DNA of 64,000 nucleotides from Melittangium boletus DSM 14713 (GTDB lineage Bacteria; Myxococcota; Myxococcia; Myxococcales; Myxococcaceae): NCBI RefSeq assembly GCF_002305855.1, contig NZ_CP022163.1, positions 6,939,765 to 7,003,764 of the forward strand, read 5' to 3'. Shown piece by piece: positions 37,253 to 46,226 of this stretch (position 1 is its first letter; each line of letters starts with the position of its first letter). The notes under the pieces were generated by a model. It saw only the letters and a program-made list of their open reading frames with translations, ran no database searches and was not told where the DNA came from. The position numbers and the translations under genes were made by a program.

Positions 37253-38137
37253 GGCGGCAATCCCAACGGCTCCCGCGCACAACTTCTCGCTGAGCGCCCA
37301 GAGTTCGGCTGCGAGCTTCGTGTCGAGCGCTTGCTTGTTGGGGTTCACTGGCTTGCGCTTCGACACGTATTCGCCCCTGAACGACGCAGCTTCCGGCGAA
37401 GTCGCAAGCCAGATGAGCGAGTCGGCGCCTTGCTCGGGCGTGCTCGAGAACGGCTTCGCCAGGGTATAGACGAGGTTCAGCAGAAGACCCTGGTCGGACC
37501 CGAAGCCGCCGAACTGAGTCCGCACCGTGCCTGGCTCGAAGCAGTTGGCGATCGCTGTCGTCCCCTCCAGTTTCCGCTGGAGCTCCTTCGTGAAGAGCAC
37601 GTTGGCGAGCTTCGACGTCGCGTACGCGCTCGGTCCCGAGCCTTCGAGAGACGTCGGCGTCTTCGCGAGGTCGAGCTTCCCACGTGCCTGCATGCCGCTC
37701 GAGGTCGAGATGACCCGTGCGCCCGGAGTCTTCCGCAGCAGGTCGAGCAGCGAGGTCGTGAGCTGGAAGTACGCGAGGTGGTTGAGCGCGAATGTGAGCT
37801 CGTAGCCGTCCGGACCCATCGTTGGTTTCTTGAAGGTCGCGCCAGCGTTGTTGACGAGGACGTCGAGCCGGTCGTGCTTCGCCTTGAACTCCTCGGCGGC
37901 GCGCCTCACGCTCGCAACTCGTGACAGGTCGCAGAGGAGGAGGTCGATGTCCTGGTTCCCGCTGGCCGCCTTCAACTCGGCGAGCACCTGCGCGGTCTTC
38001 TCCCTGTTGCGGCCGACGATCGTCAGCGTCGCTCCACGCTTCGCGAACTCGATGGCGGCGGCCTTGCCGATACCGTCTGTCGCTCCGGTAATTAGGATCA
38101 CTTTGCCTACGAGGTCTTGAGTCATGACTTGCTCCAT
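37250..38137 (-). CDS. SDR-family oxidoreductase
   Basis: VILITGATDGIGKAAA (TGxxxGIG), NNAG, catalytic YATSKLAN (YxxxK). Confidence 0.75.
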   Translation of the reverse strand: MEQVMTQDLVGKVILITGATDGIGKAAAIEFAKRGATLTIVGRNREKTAQVLAELKAASGNQDIDLLLCDLSRVASVRRAAEEFKAKHDRLDVLVNNAGATFKKPTMGPDGYELTFALNHLAYFQLTTSLLDLLRKTPGARVISTSSGMQARGKLDLAKTPTSLEGSGPSAYATSKLANVLFTKELQRKLEGTTAIANCFEPGTVRTQFGGFGSDQGLLLNLVYTLAKPFSSTPEQGADSLIWLATSPEAASFRGEYVSKRKPVNPNKQALDTKLAAELWALSEKLCAGAVGIAA

Positions 38138-38844
38138 TAGCCGCGCTGAACAACGCGAAGCTCCCTTGGGGACGATGAGAGACGGCGGCGTTCGTAGGCT
38201 CTGGCGAACGCCGCGATGACGAGCGACGCGACCAGGAGCCCTGTCATGATCGGCCACGCGGCTGGTTGCATCTTTCCCGACGCGTCGAACATCTCGGCAC
38301 CGAGGTAACTCACGAGGAGCAGCGGCGGCACGTAGCCAACGAGCGAGCCCCAGAAGTGAGTCCAGAAGCCCACCTTCGACACGCCGAAGAAGGAGTGCAG
38401 CACTTGCGGCATCCAGAGGATCAGCCGCAGGACCACTACGGTCTGGAAGGCGCTCCGCTCAAGCGCCTCGTCGTATTTGCGCAGCCGCGTAGGGATGCGC
38501 GCCGAGATCCAGTCCCTCGCGACGAAGCGCGCGAACGAGAAGCCGACGACGCTCGCCGACATCGTCCCGACCATCGAGAGCGCGAACGCGGTCTGCCACG
38601 GCCAGATGAGCGGCGCGGCGACGATGAAGATGCTACCGGGAACACCGAACGGCTGCAGCACTGTGTACGTGATGATGAATGCGAGGTAGCCCCACGCGCC
38701 CATCTCGACGAGCACCTGCGCCAGGGCCCTCGGCTCACCAAGGCGCGCGAAGACGCCGAAATACCAGGCGGCGGCGAGCATGATGAGCACCAGCCCGACG
38801 ACACCGAGCTTCACGTTCCGTAGTGAGCGAGTCATTGTGCTCAC
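38137..38844 (-). CDS. TVP38/TMEM64 (DedA/SNARE-associated) family membrane protein
   Basis: 235-aa polytopic membrane protein; the ...LQPFGVPGSIFIVAAPLIW... re-entrant motif is typical of the DedA superfamily. Confidence 0.55.
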   Translation of the reverse strand: MSTMTRSLRNVKLGVVGLVLIMLAAAWYFGVFARLGEPRALAQVLVEMGAWGYLAFIITYTVLQPFGVPGSIFIVAAPLIWPWQTAFALSMVGTMSASVVGFSFARFVARDWISARIPTRLRKYDEALERSAFQTVVVLRLILWMPQVLHSFFGVSKVGFWTHFWGSLVGYVPPLLLVSYLGAEMFDASGKMQPAAWPIMTGLLVASLVIAAFARAYERRRLSSSPRELRVVQRG

Positions 38845-39503
38845 GCGCCCACCCGGTTGATGTCGGCTGACTCGAGGATGAACCGGTCTGCGTGCCCCTG
38901 AACGACACGCAGCATCGCTCGGCCGAGAATCTCAGAAGTGGTGAAGAGGAACGGCATGAAGCGAACAAGCAACGGCGTGAGCAGGAAGAGCGGCTTCAGC
39001 AGCACGACGCCTAGCTGGTAGGCGCGTGTCTTGCTTCGGATGCCTGGGCCGGGGCGGATGAAGCCGGGGCGAACAGCGCCCGAATGCGTGAACGGCATCG
39101 ACTTCAGGGTGTCTTCGACGCGACGCCTGACGCGAGCCCACATGCCCGGACCACCGGCACCGCCCGCGGAGCAGTAGCAGAACGACATCTTCGGATTGAG
39201 GCGCAGCAGCGTGCGAGCCCACGTCAACGTGAGCTCCTCGGTGACACGCGCGTAGGCGTTCTCATCGAGCCCGCTGGAGCTGATGCCGATGGCCCAGATG
39301 CACGCGTCGTAACCGACGAGCTGGTCTTCGACGGAAGCCACGTCGAAGATGTCGAGCATCACCAACTCGCGGAGCTTCGGGTGCGTTACGCCGGTCGGCG
39401 CGCGAACGACGCTGAGTACTGCTTCGACGTCAGGCGCGGCGAGCGCTTCGCGGAGCGCACCTGCGCCGACCATACCGCTCGCGCCGAGGAACACGATCTT
39501 CAT
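38841..39503 (-). CDS. NAD(P)-binding Rossmann protein (NmrA/atypical-SDR/epimerase-like)
   Basis: N-terminal MKIVFLGASGMVG dinucleotide-binding motif; ~220 aa. Confidence 0.6.
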   Translation of the reverse strand: MKIVFLGASGMVGAGALREALAAPDVEAVLSVVRAPTGVTHPKLRELVMLDIFDVASVEDQLVGYDACIWAIGISSSGLDENAYARVTEELTLTWARTLLRLNPKMSFCYCSAGGAGGPGMWARVRRRVEDTLKSMPFTHSGAVRPGFIRPGPGIRSKTRAYQLGVVLLKPLFLLTPLLVRFMPFLFTTSEILGRAMLRVVQGHADRFILESADINRVGA

Positions 39504-40420
39504 CGCGTCGCTCCCTCGAAGTCGATGGTCATGCCCGAGATGCGCTCGAGTTCGGCGAAGAGCGCTCGGCCCGCGGCCGGGTCCTCGGCAAACGGTGCTG
39601 GCTTCACCTCCGCGGGGTCACCTCGCAGTTCCATGAAGCCCGTGGGCCCGAAGTAGCCGCCCGGCATCGGTGCCTCGAGCGTCGCTGCCATCAACGTCGG
39701 TTCAGCGCCTCGCGCAGCAGACTGAATCAGCGGGTAGATCGCGAAGATCGCGAGCTTCATCAGGAGGGACGTCACGCCGGCGAGGTTGGTGTTCGCGGCG
39801 CCTGGATGGCAGCAGAGCGACAGTAGCCGCTGACCGGCTCGTCGCTGCAGTTCCTTCGCGAAGAGAATGTTGGCGAGTTTGGTTTTCGCGTATGCACGAA
39901 TGGGCCGGTAGTCCTTGACCGAGTCGAGGTCCGTCAGCGGGACCGGGCTTGCCTTGTGTGTTCCCGACGCCACCGTGACCACGCGCGGAGCCGTCGAGCG
40001 GAGCAGCGCCGGTAGAAGTAGAGTTGTGAGCCGATACGGTCCGAGAACGTTGGTGGCGAACTGCAGCTCATGGCCGTCGATGCTCACTTCACGCTTCGGC
40101 AAAGCCATGACGCCAGCGTTGTGAACGAGCACGTCGATCGGCTTGGCAAGAGCGAGTTGCGCGTCGGCGAACGCGCGAATCGACGCAGGGTCAGACAGGT
40201 CGAGCCGCGCAGTGCTCGCGTCGGCGTTGGGCACGAGCGCGCGCAGCCGCTCGACTGACTCCTTCGCCTTGCCATCATTGCGCGCAGCGATGACGACCTC
40301 GGCGCCCGCCCGAGCGAGCACCACGGCAGCTTCCCAGCCGATGCCGCTGTTGCCGCCGGTAATGATGGTCCGCCGACCTTTCTGCGAGGGAATCTGTGTG
40401 GGGTTCCACTTCGTGGTCAT
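39500..40420 (-). CDS. SDR-family oxidoreductase (retinol-dehydrogenase-like)
   Basis: TIIITGGNSGIGWEAA, HNAG, YAKTKLAN. Confidence 0.75.
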   Translation of the reverse strand: MTTKWNPTQIPSQKGRRTIITGGNSGIGWEAAVVLARAGAEVVIAARNDGKAKESVERLRALVPNADASTARLDLSDPASIRAFADAQLALAKPIDVLVHNAGVMALPKREVSIDGHELQFATNVLGPYRLTTLLLPALLRSTAPRVVTVASGTHKASPVPLTDLDSVKDYRPIRAYAKTKLANILFAKELQRRAGQRLLSLCCHPGAANTNLAGVTSLLMKLAIFAIYPLIQSAARGAEPTLMAATLEAPMPGGYFGPTGFMELRGDPAEVKPAPFAEDPAAGRALFAELERISGMTIDFEGATR

Positions 40421-40981
40421 CAGCGCACCGCCTTCTTCCGTGTCTGTGGAGCGAAGCGCGCGGCGAGCACCGTTGTGCGCTGCTCGAGCACCTCGATCGA
40501 TGGTTCATCTGCAAGCAGTCCGTCGAGCGCGAGGAGGAAGACCTCGGCGCTCGACTGGTCGCCGAGGATGGTGGCGACGCAATCGAGCGCGACCTTGCGA
40601 TGCAGCGCTTCGCTCTCGGGATCGATTCGCTCGCACACCGCAAGGAACTCGCTCCCCATCGGCGCCCCGACCATCTCGGCCCACGGCTCGAGTGCCATCA
40701 GACGACAGACGCTGAGCAGGCGATCGTAGGGGCTGCCCGGGCCGTTCGCCGCCTCCATCGCGGCGGGGTGACGAGAGACCAACCAGTCCACGAAGACAGC
40801 TCGGTAGACGTCTTCTTTGTCCTTGAAGAGCCGATAGAGCAGCGTGCGCGAGAGGCCGGCGCGCCTGGCGATGTCCTCGAAAGCGGTCTTTGCGAAGCCG
40901 AAGTTGAGAAAGCACCACCGCGCGGCGGCTAGGACCTTTGCGCGGCGGGCAGCGGCCTCGTCATCTGTCATCGTCGCTGGC
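40420..40981 (-). CDS. TetR-family transcriptional regulator
   Basis: N-terminal HTH FGFAKTAFEDIARRAGLSRTLLYRLFKDKEDVY. Start is placed at the internal ATG (MPATMTDDEAA). The ORF-track N-extension to 41226 is rejected. Confidence 0.75.
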
Positions 40982-41260
40982 ATGAAAACATTGTGACAAC
41001 CAGTGCTCTGCTTGTCAAGATGCTCTCGTTTGGTCCACAAACAGGGACCGAGGCGAGGACCGCAGGATGACGAACTCGCAGATGTCCCCGCCGCCAGCGC
41101 CTGGCGGCTTTGCCCTCCCTCGAGGCGAGGCGCGCGGTCCAGATGCTCGGTGCCCAGGTCAACTCGCTGCGCCAAAACGTCGACGCCTACGCCCCTCAAC
41201 AAGGGCACATGCGGAAACGAGGGCAAAGAAAAAGCCCAGCAACCCCTTGGGATTGCTGAG

Positions 41261-41296
41261 CTTCTGAGTGTGGAGGCGGCGGGAATCGAAGCCGCC
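41261..41296 (-). repeat. tRNA-3'-end-like direct repeat, copy B
   Basis: cttctgagtgtggaggcggcgggaatcgaagccgcc, about 30/34 identical to copy A (35353-35383) and in the same orientation. Also a fragment only. Confidence 0.4.
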
Positions 41297-41403
41297 GTTC
41301 GGAGTCTCCGGCAAGAGCGCTCCTATTCGGTTGCGCGCGGTTGCCGTAGGGAGTGCTGATGCACGGGTTGGCGTGGGTGCACTGCGAGAGTCGCAGGCTT
41401 CAG

Positions 41404-41841
41404 TCAGCTCCGGAGCGCATCCGCCACCAGTCGGATGACTTCGGTGGCATCGTCTACTGCCGCAAGCGCCTCGTAGAGCGCCTCGTGGAGCTGTCCAGGC
41501 GCCTCGGAGAGGGCGAACCCGAGAGCGGAAGCTGCGCGAGCCTTCGAGAAGAGCCGGAGCACCTCTGGCTTCTTCGTTTCATCGCCTTCCTCATCCAGGC
41601 GGAGGTACTCGTCATCGAGCCAGGCAGCGAGGCTCTGGATCTTCCGGAGCAGTTCGTGCTCCACCTCCCCACCATGGCGGAGGTGCTCAAGTGCGGCGAC
41701 AACCTCTTCACCTTCAAGACCAACCCGAGAGGCTACAAGCGTGCAGGCAACCAGCGCGGCCTTGCGTCGGCGCGTGGGTGTCGCGTGCCTGAAGCTCTCG
41801 GCCAGGTCGGGAGAGATCGAATCCAAGCGGAACATGCTCAC
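41404..41841 (-). CDS. hypothetical acidic cytoplasmic protein (145 aa); possible immunity-type partner of the upstream fragment
   Basis: ORF with a 4-nt ATGA overlap to the upstream small frame; no recognised motifs. Confidence 0.4.
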   Translation of the reverse strand: MSMFRLDSISPDLAESFRHATPTRRRKAALVACTLVASRVGLEGEEVVAALEHLRHGGEVEHELLRKIQSLAAWLDDEYLRLDEEGDETKKPEVLRLFSKARAASALGFALSEAPGQLHEALYEALAAVDDATEVIRLVADALRS

Positions 41842-41993
41842 GGTACCTTCAACGGCGTCACGGGGACCGCTCCGGCTTCCTCGATGGCAACCGCGCAGGA
41901 GGGACAGATCGGTCGAGTCGCGCCGACCTCAAGGAGGCGCAATCCGTTCTGCTGAGTAAAGTTCACGATGTCGGCCTCCGCGTGACCAAGGCC
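41838..41993 (-). pseudogene. possible C-terminal fragment of a nucleotide/nucleic-acid deaminase-fold domain
   Basis: Reverse translation gives MGLGHAEADIVNFTQQNGLRLLEVGATRPICPSCAVAIEEAGAVPVTPLKVP*. HAE followed 26 residues later by C-P-S-C resembles the [HC]AE...PCxxC zinc signature of the CDA fold, but the N-terminal half of the fold is absent. Very tentative. Confidence 0.2.
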
Positions 41994-42328
41994 CATACTC
42001 CGAACAGCCTCACCAGGACTCGTTAGGTACCGAGCCCAAGAGAGCCAGCGGCCCGAGACCCGAGGCTCGTCAACCTCCAGCGAGCGGCGACGCTGCCCTG
42101 GGCGGAGCGGTGCTATCAGGCCCTCGAGGTGGGTGGGTCGTGCAGCTCACGGATGCATCGCTCGATTACGACAACCCCGCGCACCTGGACGCGCTCAAAC
42201 GGGCCGACGAGCGCTTCCCGGAGATCGGCGGGCGCGCAGCCCCTTGAGGCTTGAAACGGCTCGCGCTGGCCGTGCTCCACCTCGGCTGCCGCGCTGCTGC
42301 CAACCACGCTGGCATGGTAGGGTGTGCC

Positions 42329-44062
42329 ATGCGCACCATCGTGCTTGGCCTCCTCTTTGTCATGTGTGCGCAGACCGCGCGCGCTGCAACGAAGACCGAA
42401 GTGATGGTCCCGATGCCCGATGGCACGAGACTGATGACGGATGTCTGGCGTCCGAATCCGGCGCAATTTCCAGGGCCGCGCCCGGTCATCCTGCGTCGCA
42501 CGCCCTACGGCCGCGGGTTTCCGTTCCCCCAGTCCCTCCTGGTGTGGAACCTGGCGGATCTGAACGGCTACATCGTCGTCTCCCAAGACGTGCGCGGGCG
42601 GGGAGGATCCGAGGGGACGTTCCTGCCCTTCTTCACCGATGCCGTGGATGGTCCGGCGACGATGCGCTGGATCGAGCAACAAGACTGGTGCGACGGCAAC
42701 ATCGGCTCCTTCGGCGCCTCCGCCGAGGGCATCGTGCAGCTCCTGGCGCTCCCAGATGCGCCGGACTCGCTGCGCTGTGCCCACGTACAGAACGCCTCCG
42801 ACAACCTGTACGACTCGCTCATGCCAGGCGGCGCCTGGCGCGCCGAGCTGACGACGTCTTGGCTCAACGGCTTTCCGACGCCGACGACGCTCGCCGCCTG
42901 GCGCGCCCACGAAGCAAAGAGCACCTACTGGGACCCGGTGATCGTCGATGCGGCCGAGCGCAGCCGGATTCGCGCTCGCGTGTACATGACCTCGGGTTTC
43001 TTCGACATCTTCGCGCTGCAGCAAACAGCGGCATTCTCGCACTACGTGACGGACTCGGCGCCGGGCTCCGGTCACACGTTGGTGCTCGGCCCCTGGACGC
43101 ACGGCGACGCGCAGACTCCCATCGGTGAGCTCGCCTACGCGAACGTGGCCGCACCCACGGACGACAACCTCGCATTCTTCAACCATTGCCTCAAAGGGCA
43201 GGGAACTCCCAACTGGCCGTCGCTGCGCTACTTCGTCACGCAGATTGGCGACGACGGTGCGGCTGCGACCGGAGAGTGGCGACAGGGCACGCTCTGGCCG
43301 CCTCCGGAGAGCATCCTGACGCCTTGGTATCTCACCGCCGCGCAAGACGTCACGACGTTGACCGTCGATCCTTCAAACCCGGTTCCGACCGTGGGCGGGG
43401 CGAACCTCTCCGTGGCGGACGGTCCTCGCGATCAGTCAGCGCTTGATGCGCGCGGCGACGTGCTGACGATCACCACCGCGCCGGGGACTTCTGACTACGA
43501 GCTCATCGGCAACCCCAAGGCCCGGATCTACGCGGCGAGCGCCACGACGGATGTCGACGTCGTCGTGCGCCTGACGCAGGTCGCGCCGAATGGCAAGTCG
43601 CTCCTGCTCACCGACGGCGTGCGCCGCGGGCGCTTCGTCGCCGCTCCGTCCGTGCTCACGCCGCTCACGCCGGGAGTACCCGTCCCGTTCGAACTCGACC
43701 TGGGTCCGGTGGCCGTGCGGGTGAAGGCGGGCCACAGCCTCCGCGTGGCGATCAGCGGGACGAACTCGCCGCACTACGAAGTGAATCCAAACGTCGCCGA
43801 GCCGTTGTCCTCGTCGCCGCCCCCCATGATGACGACGCTCTCCATCTACACGGACCCGGCGCACCCAAGCACGGTCACCTTGCCCGTGGCGAGCGGAACA
43901 CCACCGCTACCGCCACCACCACCACCGCCGCTGCCCGGTGAGGGCGTCGACGCGGGCGCTCCCACAGGACGCAACTGCGGAGCCGGCCCTGGCCAGGCTG
44001 TCAGCATGTGGGTGGCCGGGGGCGTCCTCTTTGCGCTGCGCCGTCGCCGCCGCCACGGGTAG
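42329..44062 (+). CDS. CocE/NonD-family (S15, X-Pro dipeptidyl-peptidase-like) hydrolase with MYXO-CTERM sorting tail
   Basis: Signal peptide MRTIVLGLLFVMCAQTARAA. ...VVSQDVRGRGGSEGTF..., ...FGASAEGIVQ... (nucleophile elbow GxSxxG) and a beta-sandwich C-domain. The extreme C-terminus GRNCGAGPGQAVSMWVAGGVLFALRRRRRHG has a Cys-containing motif, a TM helix and an Arg-rich tail, i.e. MYXO-CTERM. Confidence 0.7.
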   Translation: MRTIVLGLLFVMCAQTARAATKTEVMVPMPDGTRLMTDVWRPNPAQFPGPRPVILRRTPYGRGFPFPQSLLVWNLADLNGYIVVSQDVRGRGGSEGTFLPFFTDAVDGPATMRWIEQQDWCDGNIGSFGASAEGIVQLLALPDAPDSLRCAHVQNASDNLYDSLMPGGAWRAELTTSWLNGFPTPTTLAAWRAHEAKSTYWDPVIVDAAERSRIRARVYMTSGFFDIFALQQTAAFSHYVTDSAPGSGHTLVLGPWTHGDAQTPIGELAYANVAAPTDDNLAFFNHCLKGQGTPNWPSLRYFVTQIGDDGAAATGEWRQGTLWPPPESILTPWYLTAAQDVTTLTVDPSNPVPTVGGANLSVADGPRDQSALDARGDVLTITTAPGTSDYELIGNPKARIYAASATTDVDVVVRLTQVAPNGKSLLLTDGVRRGRFVAAPSVLTPLTPGVPVPFELDLGPVAVRVKAGHSLRVAISGTNSPHYEVNPNVAEPLSSSPPPMMTTLSIYTDPAHPSTVTLPVASGTPPLPPPPPPPLPGEGVDAGAPTGRNCGAGPGQAVSMWVAGGVLFALRRRRRHG

Positions 44063-44572
44063 CGGGCCTAATTCCCGTGGGAGGCCCTCTGCGCCGAGGT
44101 GGCCAAGCTCAAGGTCCAGCGCCACGAACGCGGGTATCCAGCCGGACACGTCGGACACCTCGATGCGGGCCTCGTGGCGAGCGCGGGGGCTCGTGACGAG
44201 TGTTCAGGCCGGACACATCGACGGGCGCCTCGCGGTGAGCGCTGGGGCTCGCGGTGAGCATCCAGGCAAGCTGGACGCGGGCCACATCGGCGCGCTCTGC
44301 CTTGAGTGAGGTGACGTAGGGATGATCATCCAATCCGCCGATTCCAGTGTTTTTCTTCTGGGAAGATCTGACGAATCGTCTGACACCCTTCCTCGGGGGA
44401 GCGGGGGAGCCACCGGCACCTGCTCACACTGAAGCAACTGCGGCCCGTCTCCCAGGCGTAACCACGGAGTGGTCCTGTTCTGGGAGCAGGGATATACCTC
44501 AGAAGGAGCGCACGCCCAGCTGGCCCGTTTCACCCGGAGCACTTCCATGTCAATCTCCCGCACTGTGAGGCC

Positions 44573-45523
44573 ATGCCCTTGAGTCTTCGACGTCGCCGTC
44601 TCGTGGCGCTGGGCCTGCTGAGTGCGGGTGCGCTCGTCACGCTCGGCGCCGTCCTGCTCCCTTACCGTCCCGTTATCGTGAGTGGGGCCCAGCCGCCTCC
44701 CGGTCCCTATCCGATGCCCGCGGCGGTGGCCGGTCTTCGGCTCCACGTCTTCAACACGGGAATGAACCGCATGTCGGCGCTCCTGGTCGGTGAGCACCGC
44801 CCATGGCGGCCGGCTCCTGCCTTCGTGATCGAACATCCGCGAGAAGGGCTCATTGTGTTCGACTGCGGGCTCTCCACGTCCGTCGCCCGAGAGGGCGAGT
44901 CCGCTCTGCCTGTGCCGATGCGCTGGCTCTTCGAGAGCCGCGGACGCGAGGGAAGGACGCTCGACGCACAGATGCGAGAGGCCGGACTGGAGCCAGCCCG
45001 CGCCCGATGGGTCATCATCTCGCACCTGCACGACGATCACATTGGCGCCGCCGCGTCCTTCGAGGGCGCGACCTTCATCGGTGGGCTGGGAACGGCCGGC
45101 AAGGTGCTGGGCCTGTCGGCGCCTCGTTGGCGCGAAGTGGACTTCCACGACACGCGCGCCCTCCCGCCTTTCGATGCCTCGCTCGACTTGTTCGGAGATG
45201 GCAGCGTCGTGCTGCTGCGTGGCGGTGGCCATGCGCGGGAGGACGTCATGGCTCTCCTCGCCCTACCGGGGGGGCCGGTGCTCCTCTCCGGCGATGCCGT
45301 TGTTCACCGAGAATGGCTGCATTCTGACAACGTGGAGCGTGTCGCGGTGGACTCCCAGCGCGCGGCTGACGTGCGCAATCAAGTTCGTGCACTGCTGGTG
45401 GCTCGGCCTGACGTCACCCTGCTCCCTGGGCACGAGCTCCAAGGCGCGCCTGGCTCCCGCGGGGATGTCACCCTTCATCATCCCGAGTGGTTCAAAGCGG
45501 AGGCTTGGCCGCTCTCCCATTGA
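44573..45523 (+). CDS. MBL-fold metallo-hydrolase (lactonase-like)
   Basis: HLHDDH (HxHxDH) Zn motif plus downstream His/Asp ligands (GGGHARED...LLSGD...H). Confidence 0.75.
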   Translation: MPLSLRRRRLVALGLLSAGALVTLGAVLLPYRPVIVSGAQPPPGPYPMPAAVAGLRLHVFNTGMNRMSALLVGEHRPWRPAPAFVIEHPREGLIVFDCGLSTSVAREGESALPVPMRWLFESRGREGRTLDAQMREAGLEPARARWVIISHLHDDHIGAAASFEGATFIGGLGTAGKVLGLSAPRWREVDFHDTRALPPFDASLDLFGDGSVVLLRGGGHAREDVMALLALPGGPVLLSGDAVVHREWLHSDNVERVAVDSQRAADVRNQVRALLVARPDVTLLPGHELQGAPGSRGDVTLHHPEWFKAEAWPLSH

Positions 45524-45689
45524 GGCGAACATGGTCCTCATCCACCTCGACCGAAGGCCTGACTCGCCGCTGGCAGGTATGCCAGGCCACGAGAGGTGTG
45601 CTTTCAGGGCTCGCTCATCCCCGCCGGAGAGGAGCGCATGAGGCCCCTGCTCATCTAAGTCCTTGGCCACCTGGGGCAGGCTCTTGCTG

Positions 45690-46078
45690 CCCTTGCGCAC
45701 CAGTTGTGCCGCCGCCTCTCGAAATGCCGCGACGAAGGCCCGATATTGCTCGCGTAGCGCCTTCAATGCCTGCCGCGTGGAGGCATGGCCCAACGGCCTC
45801 GGGCTCTTCTCGAGGTGCTCGGGCCGGGTAGGCGGGTGCTGCGCCTTCACGGCTCGCGCCCCCAGCACAGGCGTGCCCTGGGTTCGAGCCTTGGCTTCCA
45901 CTTGCTCCCTCATCCCCCGTACCGCACGCTGCCTCTGCTCCTCTTCACTCCGCGCTCCTATCCACCAGCCCCTCCTTCACCCCATGGGCCAGCACGTAGC
46001 GCAGCCGTCCCACCAGTGCCGTGTCGTCCAGCACCGGTTCCGCTGAGTAGCGCCGCTCCCAGAAACCTCCACTCCAGC
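45690..46078 (-). mobile_element. 3' partial copy (~390 bp) of the RAYT/IS200-like element found complete at 50430-51215
   Basis: 45690-46078 is ~99% identical to 50430-50818. This covers the last ~50 codons of the Y1 transposase plus ~240 bp downstream. Identity ends abruptly at 46078. Confidence 0.5.
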
Positions 46079-46226
46079 CGGTTTGATTTCATGGGACTCG
46101 CACCAGTGTTTGTCTTCATTCAGATCAGGTGTTCTCCCGACGAATCTTCTGGACCGACCCGCCCAGCGTGGACTTCCCTGTTGCATTCCTCCTCCCTGGG
46201 GGATTTGGAGAAACATCATGTCTTGG

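Noticed and set aside
35801-37924. 707-aa plus ORF spanning the IS701 copy 2 and the SDR gene
   Set aside because: Antisense artefact; the minus strand encodes the IS701 transposase and SDR with clear motifs.
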